Below, piece after piece: positions 12,172 through 23,367 of a stretch of DNA of 64,000 bases. The translations under genes and the position numbers were made by a program. The stretch comes from a cyanobacterium endosymbiont of Rhopalodia gibba (GTDB taxonomy: Bacteria > Cyanobacteriota > Cyanobacteriia > Cyanobacteriales > Microcystaceae): assembly GCA_045159875.1 (NCBI GenBank), contig CP067995.1, positions 1,536,001 to 1,600,000 of the forward strand, given 5' to 3'. The notes under the pieces are model-generated. The model saw only the letters and a list, made by a program, of their open reading frames with translations. It had not been told where the DNA came from and did no database searches. Positions within the stretch are counted from its first letter, which is position 1. Each line of letters opens with the position of its first letter.

Positions 12172-14066
12172 TTAGACTGTTTAATTAATGTTTCTCTATC
12201 TAAAATTGTTTGTGTTTTTATCCGAATTAATCGGTAAGCAATACTTTCCCCAATAACTTGATAATCAGACGGCTTTAAGGCTAACTGTTCAAAATATTTA
12301 GGTTGAGCCACTATCAAGATAGTCGGTGATATATTTTGGTGATTGGCTTGCTCATTAAAATATTCAATTGCTCTACCACTATAGATATCAGTTTCAGTAA
12401 TAGAATCAACGGTTTGTTGAGTATAATAAGTTATACTCGGACGCATAAAACCAATAAAAACCAACTTTTCCCCTGGCTTTTGTTCTTGTTTTACCAAAGT
12501 TCCAAGTTCTCTTAGAGGAAGTTGTCGTTGACTGTCAACAATCGGAGCAAAAGGAAGTACAACCCAACTAAAAAAAGTAACAAACCCTAATAAATTTGCT
12601 GCCCAAATCCAGCGTCGATGATGTTTCCAGAACAGTAAAATCAAAATACCTAAAGTGGAAAATGACAAAATAATTCCACTATGGATGGGGGCACCTGATT
12701 CTTTTAATAACTCTCTAAAATGAGGCATCATTGAATCATAGCCAATAATTTTAGGGCTGATAACACTTGCAATAGCTAATCCACTTAAAATTCCCGCATT
12801 AGCTAATCCGCTAAGCCAAAATAAAATTGTCCAAATTCCTGACCATTTTTCTCCTTTTGTTGCCATTTGTTCACTCCAAAACAGTGCAACCATAATAGCT
12901 GCAGCTGGTATTAAAGGAAGAACATAACCTGCTAATTTAGTGACTGAACTTGAAAAAAATAAAAATATAACCACAAACCACACTAAAGCGAATAAACCTA
13001 GGTGATTTGAACGATCAGAAGAAACCCAAAGTCTCCGTTTCCAAAAACGTAAACGAGCAATAGCTAATGGCAAGAAAATTGACCAAGGAACTAATCCAAC
13101 TAAGACCACAAAAAAGTAATAATACCATGCCCCAGGGTGGCGACTAACAATACTAGTGAATCTTTGTACATTGTGCAGTCCAAAAAAAGTATTAATATAT
13201 TCTTGACCGTGTTTTAAAGTAATAAGAACAAACCAAGGAACAGTAATAACAATAAAGCTCCCAATTCCCAATAACCAAGGAGTCTCTTTTACTACTTCAA
13301 CTAAGCGCTTAACAAATAACAGAAATACAATGACAATAATCCCTGGGAGGACAATTGCTACAGGACCTTTAGCTAAAACACCTAAGGCCATAAATACCCA
13401 ATATCCCACATACCACCAATTTCTCAAGGATAATCCTAATTGCTTAGTAGAATCCTTTTTAGGATGAGCATAACCAATAAAAAATGAAAGTAATGCTAAT
13501 CCAATATTGCTAGACAAGAACATATCAGAAACCGCTGTTCTTCCCCACGCAATCCAGAAAGGATTAAAAGCAACGATAGCTGCTCCTAAATTAGCTGAAA
13601 ACCATAATTTAGATGGAGCGCTCTGTACTTTCTCTTTTGTGGAAGAGTGGAAAGGTCGAAAGCTAGGAAATCCAAAATTGTGTAAACTGTAAAAACTTAA
13701 ACCTACTAAAGCAATCGCAAATAAAGCCGAGGGAAAACGAGCCGCCCATTCACTGACCCCAAATAGTTTAAAAGATAAAGAGACTAGCCAATAAGTTAAA
13801 GGCGGTTTATCAAAGCGAGTTTCGCCATTCCAATAAGGAGTTAACCAATCTCCTGTTACGTGCATATGACGAGATGTTTCAACAAACATAGGTTCTGTTT
13901 TATCAATTAACCCAATAGCTCCTAAATCCCATAAAAAAGCGATCCAGCTAATTAGTGCCAGCCATAAAATAGAAAATATCCAGAGTATTTTAGAAGATTT
14001 TTTTAAAAAATTATATTTGCCTATAATCTGTTTATACACGTTTATTTTATTCATAAGAATATCCAA
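12168..14066 (-). CDS. ArnT/GT39-family membrane glycosyltransferase
   Basis: GDWLTPYWNGETRFDKPPL, EWAARFPSA, LAKGP, TKLAGYVLP; many TM segments. Confidence 0.88.
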   Translation of the reverse strand: MDILMNKINVYKQIIGKYNFLKKSSKILWIFSILWLALISWIAFLWDLGAIGLIDKTEPMFVETSRHMHVTGDWLTPYWNGETRFDKPPLTYWLVSLSFKLFGVSEWAARFPSALFAIALVGLSFYSLHNFGFPSFRPFHSSTKEKVQSAPSKLWFSANLGAAIVAFNPFWIAWGRTAVSDMFLSSNIGLALLSFFIGYAHPKKDSTKQLGLSLRNWWYVGYWVFMALGVLAKGPVAIVLPGIIVIVFLLFVKRLVEVVKETPWLLGIGSFIVITVPWFVLITLKHGQEYINTFFGLHNVQRFTSIVSRHPGAWYYYFFVVLVGLVPWSIFLPLAIARLRFWKRRLWVSSDRSNHLGLFALVWFVVIFLFFSSSVTKLAGYVLPLIPAAAIMVALFWSEQMATKGEKWSGIWTILFWLSGLANAGILSGLAIASVISPKIIGYDSMMPHFRELLKESGAPIHSGIILSFSTLGILILLFWKHHRRWIWAANLLGFVTFFSWVVLPFAPIVDSQRQLPLRELGTLVKQEQKPGEKLVFIGFMRPSITYYTQQTVDSITETDIYSGRAIEYFNEQANHQNISPTILIVAQPKYFEQLALKPSDYQVIGESIAYRLIRIKTQTILDRETLIKQSN

Positions 14067-14093
14067 TATAAATATTTTTAATAACTGAGATAA

Positions 14094-14762
14094 CTAAAAG
14101 CTACGATATTTTGTGTCAACAGTTTTCAAAAGAAAAATAGACAAGGTAAAGGCGAGATAGCCAACGCAAAAACCAGCAATAATATCTGTTGCCCAATGAA
14201 CGTGTAAATAAAGACTCGCCCAACCCATAAAAAAAGTTAAAATAGTGGATGTACTATAAAGATAAACAGTTAGTTTAGGAAACTTGGATGAAATCAAATA
14301 AGAAATATATAAATATAGCATGAAGTTACCAGAAATGTGACCACTAGGGTAACTGTTTCCTTGAACATCAATTAATCCTGGAGCAGGACGAATTCGATCA
14401 AATAAGGGCTTTAAAAGCTTATCAGTCAAGATAAGAATTCCCAGAGAAGAAACTGCTAAAACTTGGGCTTCTTTTAAACAACGTTTCCAGAATAAAAAAC
14501 CTAAACTGCCTAAAACAAAAAAAATAACAACTTCAGCTTCTCCCGACATATAAGAGACTCGCGCAAATTCAAATAAACCAGGTTGACGAAAGTGGCAAAC
14601 CCATCGTATAAAAGTTTCATCCCAAGCATCAAGATTTCCCCGAATAACTTCTTGATTCAGCCATGATAGTAGTAATAAGACAGTCACAAATGATGCTAAA
14701 GTCTTATTTTTTATTGCTTTGCCAATTTTCTCCATCACACTCTTTCTTAGCTTTAGCTTCAT
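14094..14762 (-). CDS. PAP2 family phosphatase
   Basis: KPLFDRIRP, SYPSGH, LYLHVHWATD. Confidence 0.88.
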   Translation of the reverse strand: MKLKLRKSVMEKIGKAIKNKTLASFVTVLLLLSWLNQEVIRGNLDAWDETFIRWVCHFRQPGLFEFARVSYMSGEAEVVIFFVLGSLGFLFWKRCLKEAQVLAVSSLGILILTDKLLKPLFDRIRPAPGLIDVQGNSYPSGHISGNFMLYLYISYLISSKFPKLTVYLYSTSTILTFFMGWASLYLHVHWATDIIAGFCVGYLAFTLSIFLLKTVDTKYRSF

Positions 14763-14919
14763 ATCTAGTTAGAGGTTAAAATTTGAGTAAGTATCACCAT
14801 ATAATAACACTCGGATTTATAAACGGCTTAACTTTGACTTAATATGGGATTATCATGATCTTTTCTAAAAACTAATTATCAATAATTCTATAAAAACAAG
14901 TTATCTTAAAAGAATAAAA

Positions 14920-15840
14920 CATCTTGTTCATCGGGTAAAAATTGTCATTATCATTGCCTCTGTGAGGAATTCTTAAGCAAATGGTTAATGATAAGATGAG
15001 TGTAACGAGGTTGAATTTTTTCCATCGAAGCTATAAAAAAACTCACACTCATGTAGGAGCTTTATTGTGAGATACATCTGAAAGATTAGAAACCTTCATT
15101 AATTTACTATTCAGACTTCCAGCGTATTAAAATTTGGGTGGAACAATTCCCGGTGGATAAATTCCCTTCAACTAAGGGTTAATAACTCTCTTGGTTTAAG
15201 GGGTAAATCAAGTAACCAAGCGAATGTCGCCTTAATTAATTTAAACTTGGGATGTAATTTTTGTTATTCAATTAACTATTGAAGTTTAGATTTAAAGAAA
15301 TTAGGGAACAGTTGATTATCTACAAAATTGTTGAAGGGATTAACCTACTAAATCTTAATTCATATCTTCTTTCCATGATAGAAAAAAAGAAAAAAGAGCT
15401 TAGATTTAACTCATTTCAAGAGAACCACTAATCATATCCGAATTTTACTTGTAAATTAATGATATTGGCATATTAAAGAATTTATCTTCTTAACAGAATT
15501 GGGCTATTGTTTCGATTATTACAAAAATGAAAAAACACTAACGAGTAAAGAATTTCAGAAAAGATTGTAGAAGTCTGTAATAGTGTTCTAGTGACAAAAA
15601 GAGATTTAGGAGTAGAAATAATTTATCAACTGGTTCCCGTGCAAAAAAAATATACTGTTCAATTATGGAATTCTAAGAGAATACCCATCATTATCGCCAT
15701 CTAAAATAATAGGCAGCACATTTCATAACTCCTGTCCGACTTATACCGAAGTCAATGATATTGCTGATATCGAAGACTTTATCATTTTTATTAAATTGGT
15801 CAAGATTTTGGCTAAAATTGTTCAGTATCTGGAATATATT
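14920..15840 (+). pseudogene. Probable M28 family peptidase remnant
   Basis: Eroded fragments HVGALL*DT (cf. GAHYDT) and FHNSCPTYTEVNDIADIEDFIIFIKLVKILA (cf. FRNPxYHxxxD); no intact frame. Confidence 0.35.
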
Positions 15841-16329
15841 GAATTGCCTAACGCACTTCTCCGTTCAAAATTAAGGACACCCAAGCCTAAAGTTACGCTC
15901 TTGTTATTTTCAATAAATCTTAAACTTACAGCATACCGTCACCCTTACAAGGTAAAATGATCTCTCTTTATTAGTTTCTATAAATTACCCTTTTAGTCCC
16001 TAATTATTCTTACTTTCTGTGAAAGAATTTATCATTATCTTTATTTTATTTAGGGACCAATTTTTTCGTAAATTAATAAATAGAAAATTTACTTTTTTAC
16101 AACATTAGTCAAGCAAACTTAAATTTATTTGATTAGAGGTAATTTAACTTTACTTATGGAAGCTATTTTAGCTTTTGCATTTTAGTAATCCCATTAATGT
16201 ATATGAAACAAACCAATTAAACTTACTTTTTAAACACTTATTAAATTGGTTAACAATTATTAATTGACAAGTAAAAAAATGGGTTAATTTAAATAAACTT
16301 AAGACATTAAAGTAGTTTAAACAAAGTGC

Positions 16330-16553
16330 CTACGCCAATGTTCCTAAGAGTGAATTTTCAAGTTTTTTTGTGACAAATAACCGCATTAAAAGTACAAAGT
16401 AGATTCTTCAAGAGACTTATTTGCCAATCGAACTAAAAAATTAATAAAACAGGGTGAGTATTCAACGTAGAAACTCAATAAATATTTTTAATTGATATTT
16501 TTTTGATAAATCTTTAATATTTAATATCAATTTTTTTAAAAAATTTAATATGT
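16330..16553 (-). repeat. Decayed tandem duplicate of the hemH 3' end
   Basis: 16376 AATAACCGCATTAAAAGTACAAAGTAGATTCTTCAAGAGACTTA vs 16581 AATAACCGCATCAAAAGTACAAGGAGGTTCTTCAAGAGACTTA; offset 205 bp; alignable over ~180 bp. Confidence 0.92.
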
Positions 16554-17579
16554 AATGTTTTGTGGTGTTTTTTTAGGACGAATAACCGCATCAAAAGTAC
16601 AAGGAGGTTCTTCAAGAGACTTAGTCACAAGTCGAGCTAAAGAATCGATAAAAATAGGGTGGGTATTTAACGCAGGAACTCGATAGAAATTTTTAATTCC
16701 TGCTTCTTTAGCAACTTCTCGATATTCGATATCAATTTCTTGAAGAGTTTCAATATGTTCCGAAACAAAACTAATAGGAACTACTAATAAGTCTTTGACT
16801 CCTTTTTTCCCTAATTCTTTTAAAGAATCTTCCGTGTAAGGTTTGAGCCACTCCACCGGACCGACTCTACTTTGATAAGCTAGAGTGAAATCATTTGGCC
16901 GATTGAGGGTTTTCATTATTAAGTGAGTACAAGCTTCGATTTCTGCTTGGTAGGGATCTCCGGCTTTATCAACATAACTTTGAGGAACTCCATGAGCGCT
17001 GAAAAAGATATGGATATGACGAGGATTTTCACATTTATCTAATTCTCGAGTAATTAAATCGGCCATCGCTGTCAAATAATCAGGATGGTCATACCAAGAG
17101 GGAATTAAAGTATAGTTAATTCGTGTAAGATCACTATCAGATTGCCACATTTCTTCAAGCACTCGGAAGCTAGATCCACTGGTGCTAATGGAAAATTGGG
17201 GATACAGAGGAAAAATGACTAGACGCTCTATGCTGTCTCGTTTAATGTGATTGATTGCCTCTTCAATAAAGGGGTGCCAATAACGCATCCCAATATAAAT
17301 TTGAGCATCTTGCCCAATTTCTGCTAATTTTTTTTCCAAAGCTTTCCCCTGAGCTTCAGTAATCCTTCTCAAAGGGGAACCTCCCCCAATTTGCTCATAA
17401 TTTTTCTTAGATTTTTCGCTTCTTAACCGAGAAATCAACCAAGCTAAGGGCTTCTGTAACCAAGGGAAAGGTAATCGAATAATTTCTGGGTCAGAAAATA
17501 GATTAAATAGAAAGGGGCGAACATCTTGTAATTGTTCTGGTCCCCCTAAATTCAGTAATAAAACCCCGACGCGAGCCAT
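16545..17579 (-). CDS. hemH: Ferrochelatase lacking the C-terminal CAB domain
   Basis: [48 protein letters not shown] at 17579; ends at [11 protein letters not shown]. Confidence 0.95.
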   Translation of the reverse strand: MARVGVLLLNLGGPEQLQDVRPFLFNLFSDPEIIRLPFPWLQKPLAWLISRLRSEKSKKNYEQIGGGSPLRRITEAQGKALEKKLAEIGQDAQIYIGMRYWHPFIEEAINHIKRDSIERLVIFPLYPQFSISTSGSSFRVLEEMWQSDSDLTRINYTLIPSWYDHPDYLTAMADLITRELDKCENPRHIHIFFSAHGVPQSYVDKAGDPYQAEIEACTHLIMKTLNRPNDFTLAYQSRVGPVEWLKPYTEDSLKELGKKGVKDLLVVPISFVSEHIETLQEIDIEYREVAKEAGIKNFYRVPALNTHPIFIDSLARLVTKSLEEPPCTFDAVIRPKKTPQNITY

Positions 17580-17706
17580 AATTTTATGTAGATAAATAAC
17601 ATTTTCAGATTCTTTGTTAAGTTTAACAATATATAGGCTCAATATTGAGATTTCAATGACAAAATACTCATAATCTAGTGAGTTACATAAGTCAGGGGAT
17701 AACGAG

Positions 17707-18331
17707 TTGGTCACGATTTTTTTAAGAACCTGGAGTCGTCAATATCCTTGGTTACATAACACTATTTCACCTTCAACACTCAGAGATGTTGAACGGGAAA
17801 TAGTGTTATGTAACCTTACAATTGAAAATATTCCTATGAAATCTGATACTGGGACTTTAGATTTATGTTATAGCAGAGGTCAAACCACTAACTTTCTTTC
17901 TACTAAACTGGACTTAACGTCTCATCAACTCTCCTATTTCAGGCAGTCAAAGCGGTTTTTGGGGTCAATTATGTTTACGAATGAGCTAAAAATGCCTTTT
18001 GCTCAATTGAAATGTGGTTGAGTTCATACTAGTTTTGCTCTTGTTGCTCTCCACAAAATGTAAGCTAAGCAGCTTGAAAAAATTTTTTACAAGTTTATCA
18101 GATTTTTAACCATAAAGGGGTTTTGACTATAATTGATCTATATAAGCCAACTAAACATTTCGTCTATTTTGTCCATCTTTAACTATTTTTATATGGATAT
18201 TTGAAATGAAGACAGCCTGGAAGTTACTTAACATTGACTTAGTGACAAAGTTCACTTCAGTAGATTTTAGAGGTTGTCAACAACTACTTTATGGAAGAGG
18301 AAGTTTGCAAGTAATTCAAGTTAAGAAATAA
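17707..18331 (+). pseudogene. Class I SAM-dependent methyltransferase pseudogene
   Basis: [22 protein letters not shown] (eroded LDLCCGSGQTT), HTSFALVALHKM, FEMKTAWKLL, GSLQVIQVKK; stops and frameshifts. Confidence 0.8.
17750..17815. repeat. Long hairpin inside the methyltransferase pseudogene
   Basis: GGTTACATAACACTATTTC...GAAATAGTGTTATGTAACC (19-bp perfect arms) with inner TTCAACA/TGTTGAA pairing. Confidence 0.92.
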
Positions 18332-18373
18332 GATTAAAAATGCACCCTCCATTATATTGAGGTAAATAAACGA

Positions 18374-18931
18374 ATGTCCAAGACCAAATTATTACAACCT
18401 GATTTAGTTTTGGGAGATACTATTCTCGGTCTAACACCAGAAATTCTCACTCATTATCATATTAAAGGATTAGTCTTGGATGTAGACGAAACCTTGGTTC
18501 CCCTCCAACAAAGTCAAGTCTCCCAAGAGCTTGAGCAGTGGATAGAAACTATTAGACAGATGACTCCCATTTGGCTAGTCAGTAATAACTTAAGTGAAGG
18601 TCGCATTAGGAGAATTGCCAATACCTTAACCCTCCCCTACTTATTGGGGGCAGTAAAACCTTCTCGACGCAAATTACGGCAGGCTGTCCAGGCAATGAAA
18701 CTCCCAGTTAATGGTGTGGCTATGGTGGGTGATCGATTATTTACTGATATTCTAGCTGGTAATCGTTTGGGAATGTTCACCATCCTCGTCAAGCCTATAA
18801 CAGATACTACTGTGGCTGATCGTTACTACCCAATTCACAATTTTGAAATCTGGCTATCTCAAATCTTGGGGGTGTCTCTGATAGTCTCACAACATAAATT
18901 TACTAAAAATGATCGATCTTTAAAAGGCTAA
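18374..18931 (+). CDS. YqeG family HAD IIIA phosphatase
   Basis: LDVDETL, LVSNN, KP, MVGDRLFTDILAGNRLG. Confidence 0.92.
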   Translation: MSKTKLLQPDLVLGDTILGLTPEILTHYHIKGLVLDVDETLVPLQQSQVSQELEQWIETIRQMTPIWLVSNNLSEGRIRRIANTLTLPYLLGAVKPSRRKLRQAVQAMKLPVNGVAMVGDRLFTDILAGNRLGMFTILVKPITDTTVADRYYPIHNFEIWLSQILGVSLIVSQHKFTKNDRSLKG

Positions 18932-19771
18932 GCTAATTTTGAAGAACTTGATTTCCCACTTTAGGTTAGCTTTTTCGAGAAGAACTTAGCCCTATCATTC
19001 TGAAATACTAGCTCATACTTGAAATGGTCTGACAATATTTGATGTGATATAACCACTATAAAAGTTTCTTGTGTGAGAAGTTATTTCTCCCCGACAAACA
19101 TAGTGTACAAGATACAATATCTACATCCTTTTTTTCGCGTGAATAGATTTTATATACAATAAAGGCAAACAAATCAATATCTATTACTAGCACCTCAAGT
19201 ATTTTAAATCAAACGGATAAGTCTTTCAGTTTTGTTTGATTTTTTACGAAAGTTTCTTTTTCTGTTTTCTAAGTCTTCATGAAGTAATTCTCATATTTCT
19301 TCTAAAAGAAGAAGTACAATTTGAACATTTTTTAAAGTTTTTATAGACAAATTAAAGGTTTTTTCCTCTTGTGAGCATCTCTACTTTTGGGAAAATAAAA
19401 CGCAGTTTTTCAACAGAACATACTTGTTGTTGAGTTATTTTCATGTCTTCTAAAAGCCTTCCACTTAAGATCTTTGAGTCACGGCTGTTGTAATATTTTT
19501 CGATTTTATTGACTGTAATAGCCTCTCGGTCTCCGTGTCAACAATTGAGGGTAACTCATTCTTATTATCCAGCAAATACATATGTTGTAATCTCTTCAAT
19601 GAGAACATGACCACAAATTCCTGTCCTCGTTACGCAAAGATTTATTCCCCGGATAACCTTGAGAATGTTTATTTATGGATGGTTATCGGACTGTATATGT
19701 ATTTCATATGACGGCAGAAAGCTAATGTTGGTTATCTATACAAGATCTCTCTGGTCAGAGATAAATTAAAA

Positions 19772-19805
19772 AGTGTAGAGATATTTTGTCAAATATCTCT
19801 ACACT
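19772..19805. terminator. REP-like hairpin just downstream of the pfkB kinase gene
   Basis: AGTGTAGAGATATTT-tgtc-AAATATCTCTACACT, 15-bp arms; followed by a T-run on the minus strand. Confidence 0.65.
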
Positions 19806-19827
19806 GAATTGCTAATAGAAAAATTTT

Positions 19828-20817
19828 TTAACTTGTTAGTAAAGATTTTAATTCCTCAGTAGTTAAACGAGGTCCATAATTAGTAACAATACGAGAAGAA
19901 GCCCGTGAAGCGAGATCGCCGGCTTGGCTATAGGTCATACCATGGGTGATTCCATAAAGAAATGCTCCCGCATACATATCTCCTGCGCCAACGGTATCAA
20001 TAGCCCGGACGGGATAGGGAGCAATTTCAATTAATACCTGACCATCAAAAACTAATGATCCCTTCGAGCCACAGGTGATAGCAAACCCCTTAGCTATAGT
20101 TTTTAAATAGGCGATTATCTCGGAAACATCTTTCGTATTAGATATTTTTTCGGCTTCTGCTTGATTAGCAAAAATAAAATCTAACCCAGAGCCAATAATC
20201 TTTAATAGCCCATTTTTAAAAAACTCCACTATGTTTGGATCAGATAAGGAAAAAGTGGTTTTTACCCCTGAAGTTTTTGCAATTTCCCTAGCTTTAATGG
20301 CTGCTGCTTGAGCAGTTGGGGAAGTGACTAAATATCCTTCTAAATAAAGATATTCAGAGTCAGAGATTGCTTCGAAGATTAATTCTTGTTCGGATAAATT
20401 GCTCGAAATACCTAAAAATGTATTCATGGTGCGATCAGCATCGGGAGTCACCATAACTATGCATTTTCCAGTGCTTTCCTTTTCGCTATCATCATTGTGT
20501 TCATTAGTGTCTAACCCACACTTGCGTAGATCTTCCAAATAAAATTTTCCTGCTTCATCCGCCGCCACTTTACAAGAATAAAACCCGTTACCACCGAATT
20601 GACTAAGAGCTATCATGGTGTTAGCAGCAGAGCCTCCACTACTTTGCTTACACGGTTGTCCATTAAGTTTTTTTAGTAACTTCTCTTGATGGACTTTATC
20701 CACCAGAGTCATGACACCTTTATCGATGTTTAATACTTGAAGTAATTCTGGTGAAACTTTAAATTCTATATCTACTAAAGCGTTACCAACACCATAAACA
20801 TGATATTTTTTCTCCAT
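19828..20817 (-). CDS. PfkB family carbohydrate/adenosine kinase
   Basis: GVGNALVD, GGSAANT, DADRTMNTFLG, DTVGAGDMYAGAFL; ATG at 20817. Confidence 0.92.
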   Translation of the reverse strand: MEKKYHVYGVGNALVDIEFKVSPELLQVLNIDKGVMTLVDKVHQEKLLKKLNGQPCKQSSGGSAANTMIALSQFGGNGFYSCKVAADEAGKFYLEDLRKCGLDTNEHNDDSEKESTGKCIVMVTPDADRTMNTFLGISSNLSEQELIFEAISDSEYLYLEGYLVTSPTAQAAAIKAREIAKTSGVKTTFSLSDPNIVEFFKNGLLKIIGSGLDFIFANQAEAEKISNTKDVSEIIAYLKTIAKGFAITCGSKGSLVFDGQVLIEIAPYPVRAIDTVGAGDMYAGAFLYGITHGMTYSQAGDLASRASSRIVTNYGPRLTTEELKSLLTS

Positions 20818-21857
20818 GAATACTTTCTTGTCTAACGACAAACCTCTAAAATGTTCAATCATATTTTAGGACAACATAGAGCATTCGCATTATAACTTTA
20901 GTGAATTGAGCAGTAAACAAGATTTAATACAAGCTACCAATTAAGGTCAAGAGAAACTATTTTTATAATGTTAATTAATGTAGTTTTTTTAAAAAAATAA
21001 AAGTAGCTAAACTCCATAATTATCTTGTCTGAAATTTATTGTGTAATTGGTTGATAATATTTTAGAGATACATGACTAAATCAATTAAACTTTTACAAAA
21101 ACCGATTAAAATTATTTCAGACTTGGAATCATTGAATAAAAATAAAATACTATAAACTATTTTTATGACTTTAATAATAACTTAATCTTCAAGGTTAAAG
21201 GGTCTTGAAGTTAAGGAAAGTTACTCTACAAAAAAATACTCAAAAAATCTTTAAATTAAGAAATAATGGCGATATAGATAAAAATTCTTGATCTTATCTA
21301 TTAAACATAATCCTAAAAAGACAACAATATTTGCTAATCAAAATGTAGGTATTCGAGCTAAAATATAAACATTTTGACTATAAAATAGATATCAATACTA
21401 ACTACAAATGATCTTTTTAACGAGATTATTAACGACTTTTTAAAACTACTTAGTTAAAAAGTTAAGTAAAATATAGCAATAGCAGCTAAGTAGAACTAGT
21501 GCGGCTTTAATCTTACTGTCAATAGGCTAAGTTAAACTTTCTATTACTGTTGATAAGCTTATTCTAATTGAGAATAGTAATAATTTTGTTATTTCTAGTT
21601 TAGAAGAGCTAGAATCATCAAAAGATTGTCATTGTTTTTAGTTACGTAAATTGTCCGTTCTTTAATCTAAGGTTTATTCATCTACAGAAACTACAGTTAT
21701 TTAATAGACTTACATAATCGCTTCTCTTGTTTATTCATGATTCAAAAACAAAGGAGAAAAAACAGATACTACAATTTCTGCCTTCTCTCCCTATGTAAGT
21801 CTTAAGTGACTTAAGGCTAAATACTACTAATTTTTACTACCAGATACCTAAACAATG

Positions 21858-23150
21858 TTATTGACCTATAGCTTGGACGTTGGCTTCTTTAGAGTTCGTT
21901 ATTTGTTGTTTAAGTACTTCAAATGCTTTATTAAACTGGGGATCACCAAAACTTCCAATTCGCTCTCGATCTTGTTGGAGAGCTTTGCGTTCGTCGTCGC
22001 TCAATTCAAATATGACATCAGGGTCAATTCCTTGTTTATTAATATCTCGGCCATTGGGAGTGAGATACTTAGCGATGGTAACAGCTAACCCAGATCCATC
22101 CCCTAATCCCCGAACAGACTGCACTAAGCCCTTACCAAAAGTTTGAGTTCCTACAATCATAGCGCGTCTATGATCTTGTAAAGCTCCTGATAAAATTTCA
22201 CTAGCACTTGCTGAGCCGCCATCCACTAGTACCACTAGTGGTTTATCTGTTAAGGCGCGATTACTAGCTCGTTGTTGCTCTTCTTCTCCACCACGATTAA
22301 CTGTTGAGACAATTTTTCCTTCATCAAGCCACATTCGAGCGATTTCGATGCTTGAATATAGCAGTCCCCCAGGGTTGGAACGAAGGTCTAAAATATAGCC
22401 GTTAACCTGTTCGGCTTCTAAATTTTTAATAGCCTCTCTCATTTCTTGACCAGCTTGACTACTAAATTGAGTTAGACGAATGTAGCCAATTAACCCAATA
22501 GGAGTTTGTTGAGAACGAGAGCGAACAGGGTTTAGCTCTATGCGCGCCCTAATAAGGGAATAATCAGTTTCTTCAGCACTACGGCGAATCGTTAAAGTTA
22601 CTTCACTGCCTGGCTTACCTCGAATTAACTTAACAGCATCTCCGACGTCCATACCCTTAGTGATTTTGCCATTAATTTTTGTAATAACATCTTTAGATAA
22701 AATTCCGGCTTTAAATGCTGGGGTATTTTCAATGGGAGCGACCACCATCAATTCGTTAGTTTCTTCATCTTTGGTAATTTGAATACCTACTCCAGTTAAT
22801 TCTCCTGAAGTATCAATTTGCATATTTTTGAATTCTTCAGGATCCATAAATCGGGTATACGGATCTTCAAGCCTTTCGAGCATTTCCCGAATCGCCTTAT
22901 AAGCGTCCTTCTTGTCAACATAAGGACGCTTTAAATATTCTTGACGAATAGCTCGCCAATCTACCTGATTAAACGTTGCGTCAACATAGGTCCTGTTAAT
23001 GATCTGCCAGACTTCATCAACTAATTCTTTTGGATTATCTTGAAAAAAAGCTTGACTCTGGGAGAAACGGAGTCCTCCACCTGTGACTGCAACCGCAGTC
23101 AAGACAGCCGCGGTCGCGCCGAGAATTAGTCCGCGTTTTTGATTAACCAT
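21858..23150 (-). CDS. ctpC: Carboxyl-terminal processing protease (S41), CtpC-like
   Basis: PDZ GVGIQI, DLRSNPGG, SASASEI, TFGKG; N-terminus resembles cyanobacterial CtpC as recalled; ATG at 23150. Confidence 0.82.
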   Translation of the reverse strand: MVNQKRGLILGATAAVLTAVAVTGGGLRFSQSQAFFQDNPKELVDEVWQIINRTYVDATFNQVDWRAIRQEYLKRPYVDKKDAYKAIREMLERLEDPYTRFMDPEEFKNMQIDTSGELTGVGIQITKDEETNELMVVAPIENTPAFKAGILSKDVITKINGKITKGMDVGDAVKLIRGKPGSEVTLTIRRSAEETDYSLIRARIELNPVRSRSQQTPIGLIGYIRLTQFSSQAGQEMREAIKNLEAEQVNGYILDLRSNPGGLLYSSIEIARMWLDEGKIVSTVNRGGEEEQQRASNRALTDKPLVVLVDGGSASASEILSGALQDHRRAMIVGTQTFGKGLVQSVRGLGDGSGLAVTIAKYLTPNGRDINKQGIDPDVIFELSDDERKALQQDRERIGSFGDPQFNKAFEVLKQQITNSKEANVQAIGQ

Positions 23151-23367
23151 AAGCCTAAATTTATGCAAAGATAAAAGGGTAAAGAGATTTTTTACTAACT
23201 GCGTGTCAACTGTGACACTTGAACCTAATAGTGCAACCTGGTATACCTTCTACATATTGAGTTGTTTAGTTCATAGGGACAGACAAAGAGACAGACAGTT
23301 GGTTATTTTCTGATTAGAGTACTTTCCTCTAGTTATAACATCTTTTGAAAGTAGGTACAGTCATCCT

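Noticed and set aside
17707..18021. 104-aa ORF as a functional gene
   Set aside because: It is the 5' fragment of the methyltransferase pseudogene; the SAM-binding motif is eroded and homology continues through stops.
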